DNA of 64,000 nt from Octopus sinensis (Eukaryota): assembly GCF_006345805.1 (NCBI RefSeq), contig NC_043010.1:29450001-29514000 (forward strand). Direction: 5' to 3'. Positions 51,328 through 64,000 of the stretch are shown here, one piece after another. The stretch's first letter is position 1, and each line of letters begins with the position of its first letter. A model generated the notes under the pieces. That model worked only from the letters and a program-made list of their open reading frames with translations, did no database searches and was not told the DNA's origin. A program made the translations under genes and the position numbers.

Positions 51328-52598
51328 TAACATGAAGGACACAACAAATACAAAAAGGAAGTACTTGCGGCTTCAAAAATATTGGCTTCAAAGTTGAATG
51401 CCAGACACATAATTTCGACAATAAACTCGCGCGCAGTCGCAGTAGTTCAGTATGGAACTGGAATCCTGAAGTAGACACATGATGAGCTAAAGGAGAGGGG
51501 CAGGAAGTTAAGAAAGCTCCAAACGATGCATGAAACCCATCATCCTCGTGCAGACACTGATCGGCTATATATGAAGTGAGCAAATGGAGAAAGGTGACTT
51601 ATAAGTGTGGAAGACAGCGTACGTATCGAACTCGAGAGCTTAATGAGATACTTATCCCAAAGAAGGAAACCTTGCTAGTATCAGTTTGGAAAGAGGGAGA
51701 AATGAAAGCAGAAGAAAAAAGGAAAAACAAAGGAAGAAGTAGAAAAAGGACATGAAGAAACATTACGCAGCAAGAGACTACTCAATTAATTCTATGTTAC
51801 AACAGGAGTTACTGGAAAAAAATAGGTGGCATTGGCTGAAGAAAGGAATACTAAAAGAAAAAGAGACCGAGAGCACTATACCGGCAGCGCAAGACCAAGC
51901 TTTGAACACGAACTGAAGGGTCAACCTTAGGAATGAGCAAGTATCTCCGCCACTCCGCATCTGTAATATAGTGGATGATCATATTGCTTATATCACGAAC
52001 GAAAGCCCTAAACTTTCACAAAACCTCTACAAGTTGTGGCGACACGATCAGTTAGTGAAAGTGCTACATTGGAAACTATGCGAAAAATGGGGGCTAGAGA
52101 GAGGCAAGACATGGTATGAGCATAGACTGCAGAGAGTGACGGAGTCGGAGACTAGCAAAATCCTCTGGGATTTCCCAAACCAAACAGATCAAGTGCTAGA
52201 GTATAACAGACCGGACCTAGTGGTGATCGACATGATGTATCACATGTGTTATATAGTTGATATTGCATGCTCCTTTGACCCACGAATAGTAAAAAAAGGA
52301 GGCAAAACATATATAAATACAACCTTCTTAAGTACGAAATAGCCCGGCTATGGAATATGAAGACAGTGAAGAGAGTGCCAATTATTGTTAGGTCCTTGCG
52401 GACAGTATCAGGAGGCATCAAGAGAAATATAAAGGAAATTGGAATAGAGTGCCCAGTAGAACTGTTAGAAAAGGTTTGCCTCCTTCGCACGTCCAAAATA
52501 ATCAGGAAAGTATTAGATAGCTGAAAAGAACGGATAGCATGGCACCGTAGGCTGCAGGTAGCAAGCCCGCTTCGCATGCAAGACTTGTGATAAAAAGA
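51328..52598 (+). mobile_element. 5'-truncated RLE LINE flanked by (GAA)n
   Basis: WLKKGILKEKETES...AAQDQAL, RHDQLVKVLHWKLCEKWG...KILWDF..TD....RPDLVVID....IVDIAC, KVCLLRTSKIIRKVL; (GAA)n at ~51224-51326 and ~52599-52722. Confidence 0.85.
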
Positions 52599-53302
52599 AA
52601 GAAGAAGAAGAAGAAGAAGAAGAAGAAGAAGAAGAAGAAGAAGAAGAAGAAGAAGAAGAAGAAGAAGAAGAAGAAGAAGAAGAAGAAGAAGAAGAAGAAG
52701 AAGAAGAAGAAGAAGAAGAAGACGACGACGACGATGACTCTTAATGCCTCAGGATAACTAACTAAAAAATTATCTTAAAAATTCAAATCTGCGATTTCCA
52801 CTGAACATGCAGTTCCTTCTGGCTACTCGAACTCACAAACATCTTTCTTGTTACCAAGTAAACTTTGAAGAGCTCAGGCTGCAATTTAACCCGGCAAAAT
52901 TAAAAATTAGAAACATAAAACTCAAAATTCAGAACACTTTCCAGCAGTGGAAATAAGATGAACAGTTAAAATCTTAACAGGCTACACAGCTACGAAAGCT
53001 GTAAAGCGCAGCCGAACAAAGAAATCTACCAAACACCACAAATAGAATTTATACCTATTTCTTTACTACCCACAAGGGGCTAAACACAGAGAGGACAAAC
53101 AAGGACAGACAAACTAATTAAGTCGATTGTATCGACCCCAGTGCGTAACTGGTACTTAATTTATCGACCCCGAAAGGATGAAAGGCAAAGTCGACTTCGG
53201 CGGAATTTGAACTCAGAACGTAACGGCAGACGAAATACGGCTACGCATTTCGCCCGGCGTGCTAATGTTTCTACAAAAAAAGTGTGTAAAAAAGCAATTC
53301 TC

Positions 53303-53705
53303 TTTCTCTTTTACTTGTTTCAGTCATTTGACTGCGGCCATGCTGGAGCACCGCCTTTAGTCGAGCATCTCGACCCCGGGACTTATTCTTTGTAAGCCCA
53401 GTACTTATTCTATCAGTCTCTTTTGCCGAACCGCTAGGTGACGGGGACATAAACACACCAGCATCGGCTGTCAAGTAATGCTAGTGGGACAAACACAGAC
53501 ACACAAACATACACGCACACACACATATATATATCCATATATACGACGGGCTTCTTTCAGTTTCCGTCTACCAAATCCACTCACAAGGCTTTGGTCGGCC
53601 CGATGTAATAGTAGAAGACACTTGCCCAAGGTGCCACGCAGTGGGACTGAACCCGGAACCGTGTGGTTGGTATGCAAGCTACTTACCACACAGCCACTCC
53701 TGCGC
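53303..53705 (-). mobile_element. SINE family A, adjacent to a SINE B copy (53054-53270)
   Basis: Reverse complement of 23309-23754. Confidence 0.9.
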
Positions 53706-53934
53706 AATGAGCAATTTATATTTTTATTTATTTATTTATCCGTCTTTCTTCTACCACAAAGTCAACCGCAACTCCAATAACTAAAACTACTTAAACCTCA
53801 AAAGTTTCTGTCACATATTTTGACTTTATGTTGACATTGTTGACCAGCTTGACCGGTACTAGCTCTAGCAAAGAACAAACACGTTTTAGGTCTCATATTG
53901 CTTTATTTCTTTTCTTGTCAACGTCTGCTGTATC

Positions 53935-54035
53935 TATCTCGATAATGGCGGCCAGTCTGAGAAATGGGCCCGACGAGGTAAAGTGGCTACTGCAGCGAAT
54001 GTCGCTGGCCGTTCTCCGCTGCAACGGATGTGTAC
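53935..54035 (+). mobile_element. Short C-terminal fragment of a CRE/NeSL-like RLE element
   Basis: EVKWLLQRMSLAVLRCNG resembles the E..WL.QR.S.A..RGNA terminal motif. Confidence 0.45.
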
Positions 54036-54612
54036 CCCATCGTCCCCACCTCCATCTGCTGTTGCTTTCTTTCTTTTCTGTTATAATTTAGAATATGATC
54101 TGTTGCATAATAGACTACACAAATAAAGCATTCTGAGTTTAATGATGCTTCTGTTTTATACTCCTCAGTCTGCCTGCATGCCTGTCTGTCTGTTTCTCCA
54201 TTTCTGACTCTAACTCCCCCTTTCTCCTTACCTGTCACTGTCCTAAACTGAATTCATGGGAACAGGTACCTATGAACATTTAAGAACGGCACAATATAGA
54301 AATTTCTCTAACACGAGATCCACAATTAATAGCAAACTCCCCCCCACACACACACACAGATCTACATAAGTAAACAGATACGCATTTATAAATGGCACAA
54401 CATAGATCAAATAGAAAAGCACTTTATGCAGTTGAGGCAAATGGTGTTGAGTTATGTCCTATATTTCTTAGTAACAAGAGTGATATCTTTCTATACATGA
54501 AATAATATCATTTAACAGCAAAAATAACACTTTATTACAATGAAAACTGTTGGAGGTGTTTAAAAAAGAGGGGAGAAAAAGAAAAAGAAAATGGTGGTGG
54601 TGGTGGTGGTGG

Positions 54613-54676
<64 letters not shown>

Positions 54677-55212
54677 AAGCCAGGGCCTTTTCAGTTAACC
54701 CTGTCTTATTGGTTGTCGTATACCTACCCCTTGCCAGTAGGGATAAAATGGAAACTCAGCTGTGATGTATAATGCCCGAATCACCTCAAATATAACACAT
54801 CTGCCATTGCACGGGTTACCAGCGGCCGTGTACCCCAGTGAGGGACCACACAGGGATCGAAAACTTGGCGCCCGGAATCAACTCTCATTATACTAGTCTA
54901 GATGGTAATCAGAATCGAAAAACCGCAACTATGAACCGCTAGAACATCCACTGCCAAAGAAGATCAGAACTCACACTGTAAAATGGAAATTGACCAGAGA
55001 GCACAATAAAGAAGTCTTGGTAGTGTTCTATATAGCTCTGAACAGACCTCTAAAACAACATCACCGAACAAATATAGAATGAAGAAAAATTCTTGGGAAA
55101 AACACAAAGTTAAACGTGGCCACCAATAAAATAGGTAACATTCGAAAGGACACATAAAGAAACCACTGTCTCATACAGGCGGAACTAGAGCAAATAGATT
55201 GGAGAGAAACTT

Positions 55213-55286
<74 letters not shown>

Positions 55287-56381
55287 AAGGGAGAGAGAGG
55301 GAAAGAGAGGGGTGAGAGGGAGAGATAGAGAGAAAGAAACATACAGGTAGACAGAAATACAGAGAGACAGACAGGCAGCAAATGTTACATTATTCATGGT
55401 CACTTTCTCAAATATTAATATCTTCCTCTCTCCCTCTCTTCCGCTCTTTCTCTGCCCCCTCTCTTTCTTTCTCATTCTATTATATAATATCTATCCTTAC
55501 CTGCAAATTTCCAATCCGATTGAAGCAGAATTCTTCAACTGTTAGTTAGTCTCTTCACAACCGACTTACTTCCTTTTGCCTTTTAAGCAATTCTCCTGTC
55601 ACACTCTGCACCAAGTGAAGTTAGACATTGACCACCGCCCTGATAATAAGGCTGAAATTAATGACACCGTCGTTGAATAAACCTTTAACACCGCATAATA
55701 TAGCTCCGGGCTTAATGAAACTAACTACACTACAATATCTCTTGATATCAGTGAAGTTCCATATACTAGTTATATACGCTTCTGTGCAATATTACCACAG
55801 ACAATTCACACAGGACCATCCACTAACGATGAAACTCAGTACTAGAAACTAAAGAGGTTTTAAATAAAATATGTGGTGGCCACAGGTGGAACGCCTTTGA
55901 TTATAGGTCTGTTCGATAATGGCTGACTTGGTGCTAAACAAAATGGAAATCTGCCCACGCAAAAAACGAGCCACCATTAGCAGTAAAGTTAGTATGAATG
56001 ATTGCTGTTTGAATGTGTGTGTGTATATATATATGTGTATATATGTGTTTGCATATGTGTATCTCTACGTGTGTAGTGAGGTGGGGTGTTATATGTTAAC
56101 GAAGTTTCGATGATGTAAGAACTTTGTCCTGGTAACGGTCTGTGTAAATAGACAACAATAAGCTAGTATCCCATCAAACACCAGCACACCGTATAGCATT
56201 ACCTAAGTGTGGTACTGTTGTATATGGCTAGTTAGAGGAAGTCTGGCAGATATCAACCAAACCCTCAATAAGTAGTTTGCTATGGATTTCTGGAAAGAAA
56301 ATTTCCATAGTCATTTACTGATATCAATGTACACATTGAACAAAGCATGCACAAATACACATAACGGACAATTTTATTTAG

Positions 56382-56482
<101 letters not shown>

Positions 56483-58888
56483 TGGTTATTCATATATATA
56501 GGTACACGCACTCACATTCATCTTTATAATCATAAGCACATGCAATATTGTATTGAAATACACACACACTCATGATGTATGCATGTATGTATATACGTTT
56601 GTATGTATATGTATGTAAGTATGTATGTATGCCCTTATGTATATTCACGCATCTCGCACTCAACACACAGCTAACCGGAGATAATTGATATTTAGTATTC
56701 ATTAATTTTTTATGCTCGTCAAGTTTAGCGGAAGCTGCTTAAGTTAATTTGTAGCCAATGCAACTCTCACACAAACAAACCGATAGATCTTCAGCCTCTC
56801 TCTCACTCCTTCTCTCTCTCTCTCTCTTTCTCACATAACACTCTCTCCCTCTCTCCTTCTCACTCTTTCTCCCTCATATACACACTCACACAAATACACA
56901 TGCACACACACATATACACATACACACACAAACAAATACATACAAGCAAGCACATAGACGTACATGCCGAGAAACACTTAATTTAAACCACGAACGTCTC
57001 ATATTTTTCTGAGCACAATCACATACATTTATACATATAACGCTGCATATTAATTCATTGCATATTCACTAATAATCACGTATTTACCTTATATACATTT
57101 ATTTATTTATTTTATATCCCTACTGGTGAGCAATTGCGTTGGCAGAACCACCGTGGTTTACAAATAGAGACAGGAAGATTCCGTAAAGTTGGAGAATGTT
57201 TTGGCAATGGACCAAAGAATCGGTTGGGAAACGAGAAAGCTTACTAACTATGAATGGCACATAGACTTTCTTCGAATTTTGCATAATCGTTTTGTAGTAC
57301 TAAAGTGCTGGACAAAAGTCATCCAGTTTGTAGTAATGGGGTTATCTTTTTCAAATATTGTAGGATTGTAGGTCCGTTTTTTTTCCCCTGAACTTGAAGC
57401 CGCGAGTTATTTTGTTGTGTGTAGAGTACGAAGGGACTTGCCGGACAGGGTGGTTTCAGTTGCCATCTAGCTGCTTCTAACAGGTCAAGGATGAAACAAA
57501 TGTACTGCTAATGGTAGTCAGCATAGACCTGGTGCAAATGTATGTACGATGGTGTTGCTTAGTACGCCTATTCGCGGTCGTTTGTTTATGACAAGGCAGT
57601 TGTAAGACAATCCAAAAGGAGCAGTGCAGGTGATGGTTCGGTACAAATTAGAATTGGAGGTGAGAGAAGGACTTTTATAGTATTTGTATCCGCAGGGATG
57701 CGGATAGGAGCTAAGACCATTTGAAAAAGAAAATTATGAATTGCAAGCACCAGATGAGGGGAATGAGTGTTGAGAGCTAAGAGGGTTGCGAGTGTTGAAC
57801 TCACTAAGTACGTTAGCTTCAGAGAGAGTCAAAGTAAGATAAATATCCTTAATGCAGGAAGAGATGTGACTGCAGAGTTGTAGGTGACTGAAGGAGTTTG
57901 AAGGGTGAGTGGCAGAAGACAGTGTTTTCGGTGAAGAGACACTGAGGCAAAATCACTAAAAATATTTTTTGCTGTAGGTATCCAAGTAAGACAGGTGAAA
58001 GTGGTATCTACTTGTACGCAGAAACCCTCAGAGTAAAATTTGAATACAATGTGTAGCCTAGACAGAAGAGATGGGCTTGAGATAAGGGTTGAAGAATTTG
58101 TGCGTTGACAGGGAATAGACTGTCTGGTTTACGTGTTAGAAAGATGTAATGTGTGGATACGAAGTTGGATCAGATGTTACAAAAAATAAAGAGAGAGAGA
58201 GAAAGGCGTCCAGCAAGCTTAATTTTCGTTTTTGTCGCCCAGAGAACATTCCAAAGTTTCACCCCTTTAAGTATACAACAGTTTGCGATGGGGAATAACA
58301 TTTGTTATATCAGAAGTATGCTTCATTTCTGCCGTTTTTGACCATATATATCCACAGAAGGTTAGCATCGAATATAGACATTGGATTCTGTTGATCTTCA
58401 ATTAATATTTACCTTTTCAATCCATTCTAAGTTACTCTTCTTGATATTGCTATTTTCTTAGTCTCCGGAATGTCTGTAATTTGAGCTCACCATTCACTAA
58501 TAAGTAGGGACCTAAAATCTGCCATTCGATAGTCATCACCATTGCCTTAGGTTTCTACTTTACAATTCTTCAAATAATAGACTGTACAAAACCATCATTT
58601 TCTATCTCAGAACGTATGGACCAACTTTCTTTGTAGTCAACGGCTTTCATAGTTACCATGTAATCATCGATAGAGTGTATCGGTGCGATAATTCTCTGCC
58701 TTGTATTTGGTTCGAATGATTGCAATAGATCGAACTTCGTTACATAGATTTATGAATTAAAAGATAAGTAATATTAAAGGGAGATTCATAATTTACCTAT
58801 CACTCAAAAAGAAACCTGGTTCTCTCATTGCTATATTCATGTCGAGATTAGATAAACGACGACTTAGAATACACACACACACACGTAT

Positions 58889-58941
<53 letters not shown>

Positions 58942-59318
58942 ATATATATATATATACATACATATATATATATATATTACAGATATAGGGTAAAGAATGT
59001 TTAATTTAATAATTAACAAATTTTACCAAGTAGTTTCGGTATGGAAAAAAAAGACATTATCGGTAAAAACGTGTACAAAAAGGTTTTTTTTATATATAAT
59101 TATAGATATAATTAAGGGTTTAGCAACCAGTTACTTCACCACATACAGAAAATTTAGAAATAGCAGCCAAAAGACAGCTAATTCTTTTAACTACAAATAT
59201 GACTCCACAGACAACACATACACACACACACTTGTGTATATAAATATATATATATTATATATATCCACAAGTGTGTGTTTGTATGTATGTGTGTGTGGAT
59301 ATATATACACAAATATAT

Positions 59319-59722
59319 ACTCTTTTACTTGTTTCAGTCATTTGACTGCGGCCATGCTGGAGCACCGCCTTTAATCGAACAACTCGACCCCGGGACTTAT
59401 TCTTTGTAAGCCCAGTACTTATTCTATCGGTCTGTTTTGCCGAACCGCTAAGTAACGGGGACATAAACACACCAGCATCGGTTGTCAAGCGATGTTGGGT
59501 GGGGGGACAAACACAGACACACAAACACACACACAAACACATATATATATATATACATATATACGACGGGCTTCTTTTCAGTTTCCGTCTACCAAATCCA
59601 CTCACAAGGCTTTGGGTCGGCCCGAGGCTAAAGTAGAAGACAGTTGCCCAAGGTGCCACGCAGTGGGACTGAACCCGGAACCATGTGGTTGGTAAACAAG
59701 TTACTTACCACTCAGCCACTCC
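59319..59722 (-). mobile_element. SINE family A
   Basis: Reverse complement of 23309-23754. Confidence 0.9.
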
Positions 59723-60073
59723 CGGATTGCGTGTTCGTTTCTCTTTTTGCCATCTGTGATTTTATTTTTGATCTTCTATATAAATGAATATATTTCCTCC
59801 GTCTGGCTACTTTTCTCTCTACAAAACGGAAACTTACATTGCGGAACAGTCATTTTAACGAGTTGTATTTATTTATCACCCGACGAGATACATCTCCACC
59901 ACCCGGATGCTCCTGAACCAGTTGTTGAATGTCCCACCCAAGAGCAATCGATGCTAGATGTGTCGAAAGAATTGTCGTGATTAACAATAAATTCTCGTAT
60001 ATTCTATCTTCTGTCTTTATATTTGTTCCACGCCCTCGCGTTGTTGTGTTTTTTTGTGCTTTCTTGTTTGGAT

Positions 60074-60142
<69 letters not shown>

Positions 60143-60147
<5 letters not shown>

Positions 60148-60720
60148 GTACTGGTATCCAGAAGACTCAAGGTGGCAGGTAAGTGCTATGGAAGGGCCGT
60201 AGTTAAGCTCTCGGTTCGATAATAATACGAGTGAGAAGTCTAATGTGAGTCTTGTATGAGTATGTATATGTTAAATTAAATGAGACAACAAAGCCAAGGT
60301 TGTGTGGAATTTTCAGGACATTTATAAAGAGAAAGTTAGTCTTACAGCTGTTTCTGAGATATTAGGGATATCTCTTCATCATAGACGACGTGAGATGCTT
60401 AAATAGAGGGAAGTAGTAGAGTTTAATATAAGGTGTTATTTTGGAAAAGGATGGAAATAAGAAGTATAAAAGGAAATAAGAGAAGAAAACTAAAACTAAA
60501 ACTATACATAGGATGTTATAGTTGCAGTTCCATTATGCAAAGGAAGTGATGTGTAGAAGTGGTAGAAATGTTTCTTGCCCATAGTATGTAAATTCAGAGA
60601 GGAGTTCATATTTTGTCATTACAAATGAGAAGTGGAGAGACGTAGATTCCATATGCTGTTCATTCAAATGGGTCTTATAGCGTTGGGGAAATTTTGAGAA
60701 TGTAGCAGTAGTATTAAGTG
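60143..60720 (-). repeat. (TA)n-associated repeat carrying a hammerhead motif (60338-60388, core C3 mutated)
   Basis: Homologous to 20230-20470 and to 21578-21712 plus 23880-24260. Confidence 0.75.
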
Positions 60721-61573
60721 GATAGAGAATAGAAAAAAAGATGTGTATGTCAAAATGAGGAGAATGGTCAAAAGGAATAGGTGGGGAAAGAAGAAAGAAA
60801 GAGGAAGAGAAAATGAAAAAGGAGTGTTAGTTGATGATCAAGATATTATGAGGGGTTGAGAGAGGAGAAGGAGAGGGATAGGAAGAGATGTGAATGTAAG
60901 GAATGAATATGTGTGAGGAATGGGGGTGCGATGATATATTTGAAAGGCACTAAGGTGGAGAGATGGATGCAGAAAATGGTACAAGGAGGTACTAAAGTGA
61001 GTAGTAAACCACAAAAAGAAAGAATAATAAGATTATGTATGTGTGATTAAATAAGGGCACACAATACCAACCGTGAAAAATGAATAAAATGACCTCAAAT
61101 CAAAAGGTCATCTTTTGACAAAAACAACATTTTTTGACCACTCCTAAAAATATTCCATTTCTTTATTCCTGATAGACTAATCTCTTCTCACTACCATTTT
61201 CAACTACTTTTTTCGTCTTCCACTTTTCCTTTTTCTTTTTCTGTTTTCTTTTTTCTTCTCTTTTCATACATGCTGTTGTATTTACTTTGGGTATTCTTTT
61301 ATTATTTTTTTACATTAGTTTTTTTTCTTTATTTTTTATTTGTTCCATCTTTTATTTTCTCTTTTTATATTTTAATTGCATACTTGTAAGAAAAAATCTT
61401 TTGCTATATAAACAACCTTCTAAACCAGAGAATGTCAGTTTGAAAACGGCTATCACGAATCTCGAAACTCGTTAGAGTAACCGTAAACATTATCATTAAA
61501 ATATAAATTATCCCCCGAAAGCCATCTATACTCATACACAAACACATACACATATATAATATGGAATAAATGA

Positions 61574-61650
<77 letters not shown>

Positions 61651-61658
61651 TAGATAGA

Positions 61659-61888
61659 TTTCTTTATTGCCCACATGGGGTTAAACATAGAGGGGACAAA
61701 CACTGACAGACAAAGGGATTAAGTCGATTACATCGACCCCAGTGCGTAACTGGTACTTACTTAATCGATCCCGAAAGGATGAAAGGCAAAGTTGACCTCG
61801 GCGGAATTTGAACTCAGAACGTAACGGCAGACGAAATACCGCTAAGCATTTCGCCCGGCGTGCTAACGATTCTGCCAGCTCGCCGCCC
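61659..61888 (-). mobile_element. SINE family B, full-length
   Basis: Reverse complement of 4004-4235. Confidence 0.9.
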
Positions 61889-62027
61889 TAGATAGGTATT
61901 AATACTGGCCAAAACACTTCGTAACTATTTTTCCGTGTAAAACCGTCAATTAGTCAAGGACGTTCGTGTTCGATTATGCTTCGCCGAGCGGTGCAATACG
62001 GTCGAAACAGACACACACACACACACA

Positions 62028-62065
<38 letters not shown>

Positions 62066-62735
62066 ACAGAAAGTCACTTTGTTGATTCTGCTAAATAACA
62101 ATAAAAATATACATATACTCATATTTGACTTTTATTTTCCCTTTTAACATCACCATGCCTACACACAAATACACACACACGCAAACACACACACACACAC
62201 GCAAACACACACACACACACACACGCACACAGAGTTCTATAAGTAGTAGTCTTAAGAAACCATTATTATTAAAACATTCTCAATGTGTATTAGGTAATGC
62301 ATATATTATCAAACGTTTCCAGAATTGTTGCACATGTTAGTCACAGACTTCAGTAAACGTTCAAACAATAATCTATCGTTTATATTCCGCAATAACGGGG
62401 ATTTGTTGTTGTTTTTTGTTGATTAAATAAGGGCACACAATACTTATTTTGGTTCGAATTTCGTTCTTTTCATATTCAAACTATCAAAAACAGTAATAGA
62501 TTTAATAGTTGTTTGTAACACACGTACAAAAAATGCGAGGTGGACGAGCAGCCAGTCGATTACATCGGCAACAATTTTTGTTTGATAAATTGATAATTTA
62601 TTTATCGACCCTCGAAAGGAGGACAGCTGAAGTTCGGCGAAACTCAGAACACAAAGAGTCAGAACAAATACCGCAAGGAATTTTTGTCCAACAATGACGA
62701 TTCTGCCAATATTTATCTTAATTATTTTTATTTAA

Positions 62736-63119
62736 TCTTTTTACTTGTTTCAGTCATTAGACTGTGGCCATGCTGTAGCACCGCCTTAAAGGGTGCTGGT
62801 CGAAGAAATTGACCCCAGGACGTACTCTCTGAAAGGCTAAAATTTACTCTATCAGTATATTTTGCCAAACCGCTGATTTACGGGGACATAACACACCAGC
62901 ATCGGTTGTCAAGCGATGGACGGGAGAACAAACACGCATACACACACAAATATATACATGTATATATACGACGGTCTTCTTCCAGTTTCCATCTACTAAA
63001 TCTCACAAGGCTTTGGTCGGCCCGAGGCTATAGTAGAAGACACTTGCCCAAGGTGCCACGCAATGGGACTGAACCCGGAATCATGTCGTTGGGAAACGAG
63101 TCTCTTACACACAGCCACG
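62736..63119 (-). mobile_element. SINE family A, diverged copy
   Basis: Similarity to the other family A copies. Confidence 0.85.
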
Positions 63120-63742
63120 AAAAAAGTAATTTCCTTCTTATTTGGACAGAAGCTGAGTACTTTCAGGGTAGAGTGTTAGTCGATTAAATTGATCCCAGTA
63201 CTTCACTGGTAATTCATTTTGCCGACCTCGGAGGAACGAAAGAAAAAGTTAACCTCTGCGTGATTTGAACTCAAAATGTGTAGATATTGTACGGTATTTG
63301 TACTCGACAGTCCAACAAGCCTGTCAGTTTAGATGCCTTAGCGAAAAATAGTAATATAATAGAAGTGAATATTCAAACAATAACTGGGTGTAAAGAATAT
63401 AAGAAGAACAAACAGGATGAAAGAGGTTAATAAATAGATAAATTTGTGTAATTCTTCATTACGCTGGTGTTGTCATTGTTATGTTGGCCAGAAGTTGCCT
63501 GGTTATGTAGTTAAGGTATTTGGCTCCTGATTTTAAGGTCGTGGGCTCAGTTCCTCTGGTGGGCGGCACGTTGTGATCTTGAGTAAGGCACTTTACATCG
63601 CCCCATTTCAGCGGAAAATGACTCCCGGCCGGGTGTTGGTGCAGCTCTCACATTCTGGTCGTTGTACTGGATCAAAGGTGATGGGGCTTACAGGATGGTT
63701 ATGTCTTTTAGTTATTTTTTAAAGAATATCCAGTTTTATTTC

Positions 63743-63775
63743 GGTCATCCCATAAATAATGCGGTTTTTATACTT
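63743..63775 (-). mobile_element. Solo mariner TIR, same family as 24594-27328
   Basis: ggtcatcccataaataatgcggttttttatactt is the reverse complement of ~27293-27326. Confidence 0.7.
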
Positions 63776-63838
63776 CTCCGTTACTGTTCTGACCTTATCT
63801 ACAGAATTCATATTTTTTTCGTCCAAATTATCTATCTA

Positions 63839-63886
<48 letters not shown>

Positions 63887-64000
63887 TTCATTTATTCCAT
63901 ATTATATATGTGTATGTGTTTGTGTATGAGTAGAGATGGCTTTCGGGGGATAATTTATATTTTAATTTATATTTTGAAGACTGGAATAAATGATAATCAG

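Noticed and set aside
54690-54900. Possible HDV-like ribozyme or LINE 5' UTR
   Set aside because: Could not assemble the nested double pseudoknot by eye
57190-58850. Coding-like sequence on the minus strand
   Set aside because: Multiple stops in the frames examined; probably old TE remnants (an APE-like hint near 57600) but not assignable

Overview
Repeat-dense animal genomic DNA, most likely from an octopus (inferred from the SINE families and the very high microsatellite load). Most ORF-track entries are microsatellite artefacts. Reading splice sites by hand gives one previously unannotated minus-strand host gene. It has 12 phase-compatible GT-AG coding exons from ATG at 42980 down to 4800, encoding 564 aa with the 3' end unresolved. 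The product is a predicted secreted or cell-surface glycoprotein: signal peptide, a divergent F-type-lectin/discoidin-like domain, then four ~90-107 aa modules, at least three of them PLAT/LH2-like. Each module is encoded by a phase 1-0-1 exon pair. The introns and flanks carry several R4/Dong-like RLE LINE families sitting in (TAA)n or (GAA)n microsatellites, including one near-complete copy. They also carry Penelope-like remnants, type I hammerhead ribozyme motifs, an AT-rich GIY-YIG-only element with inverted ends, Helitrons, mariner/Tc1/maT remnants, a Kolobok-like MITE, RTE, CR1 and Gypsy fragments, three SINE families and long palindromes. Domain and family calls are motif recognition by eye, not database hits, and TE boundaries are approximate.
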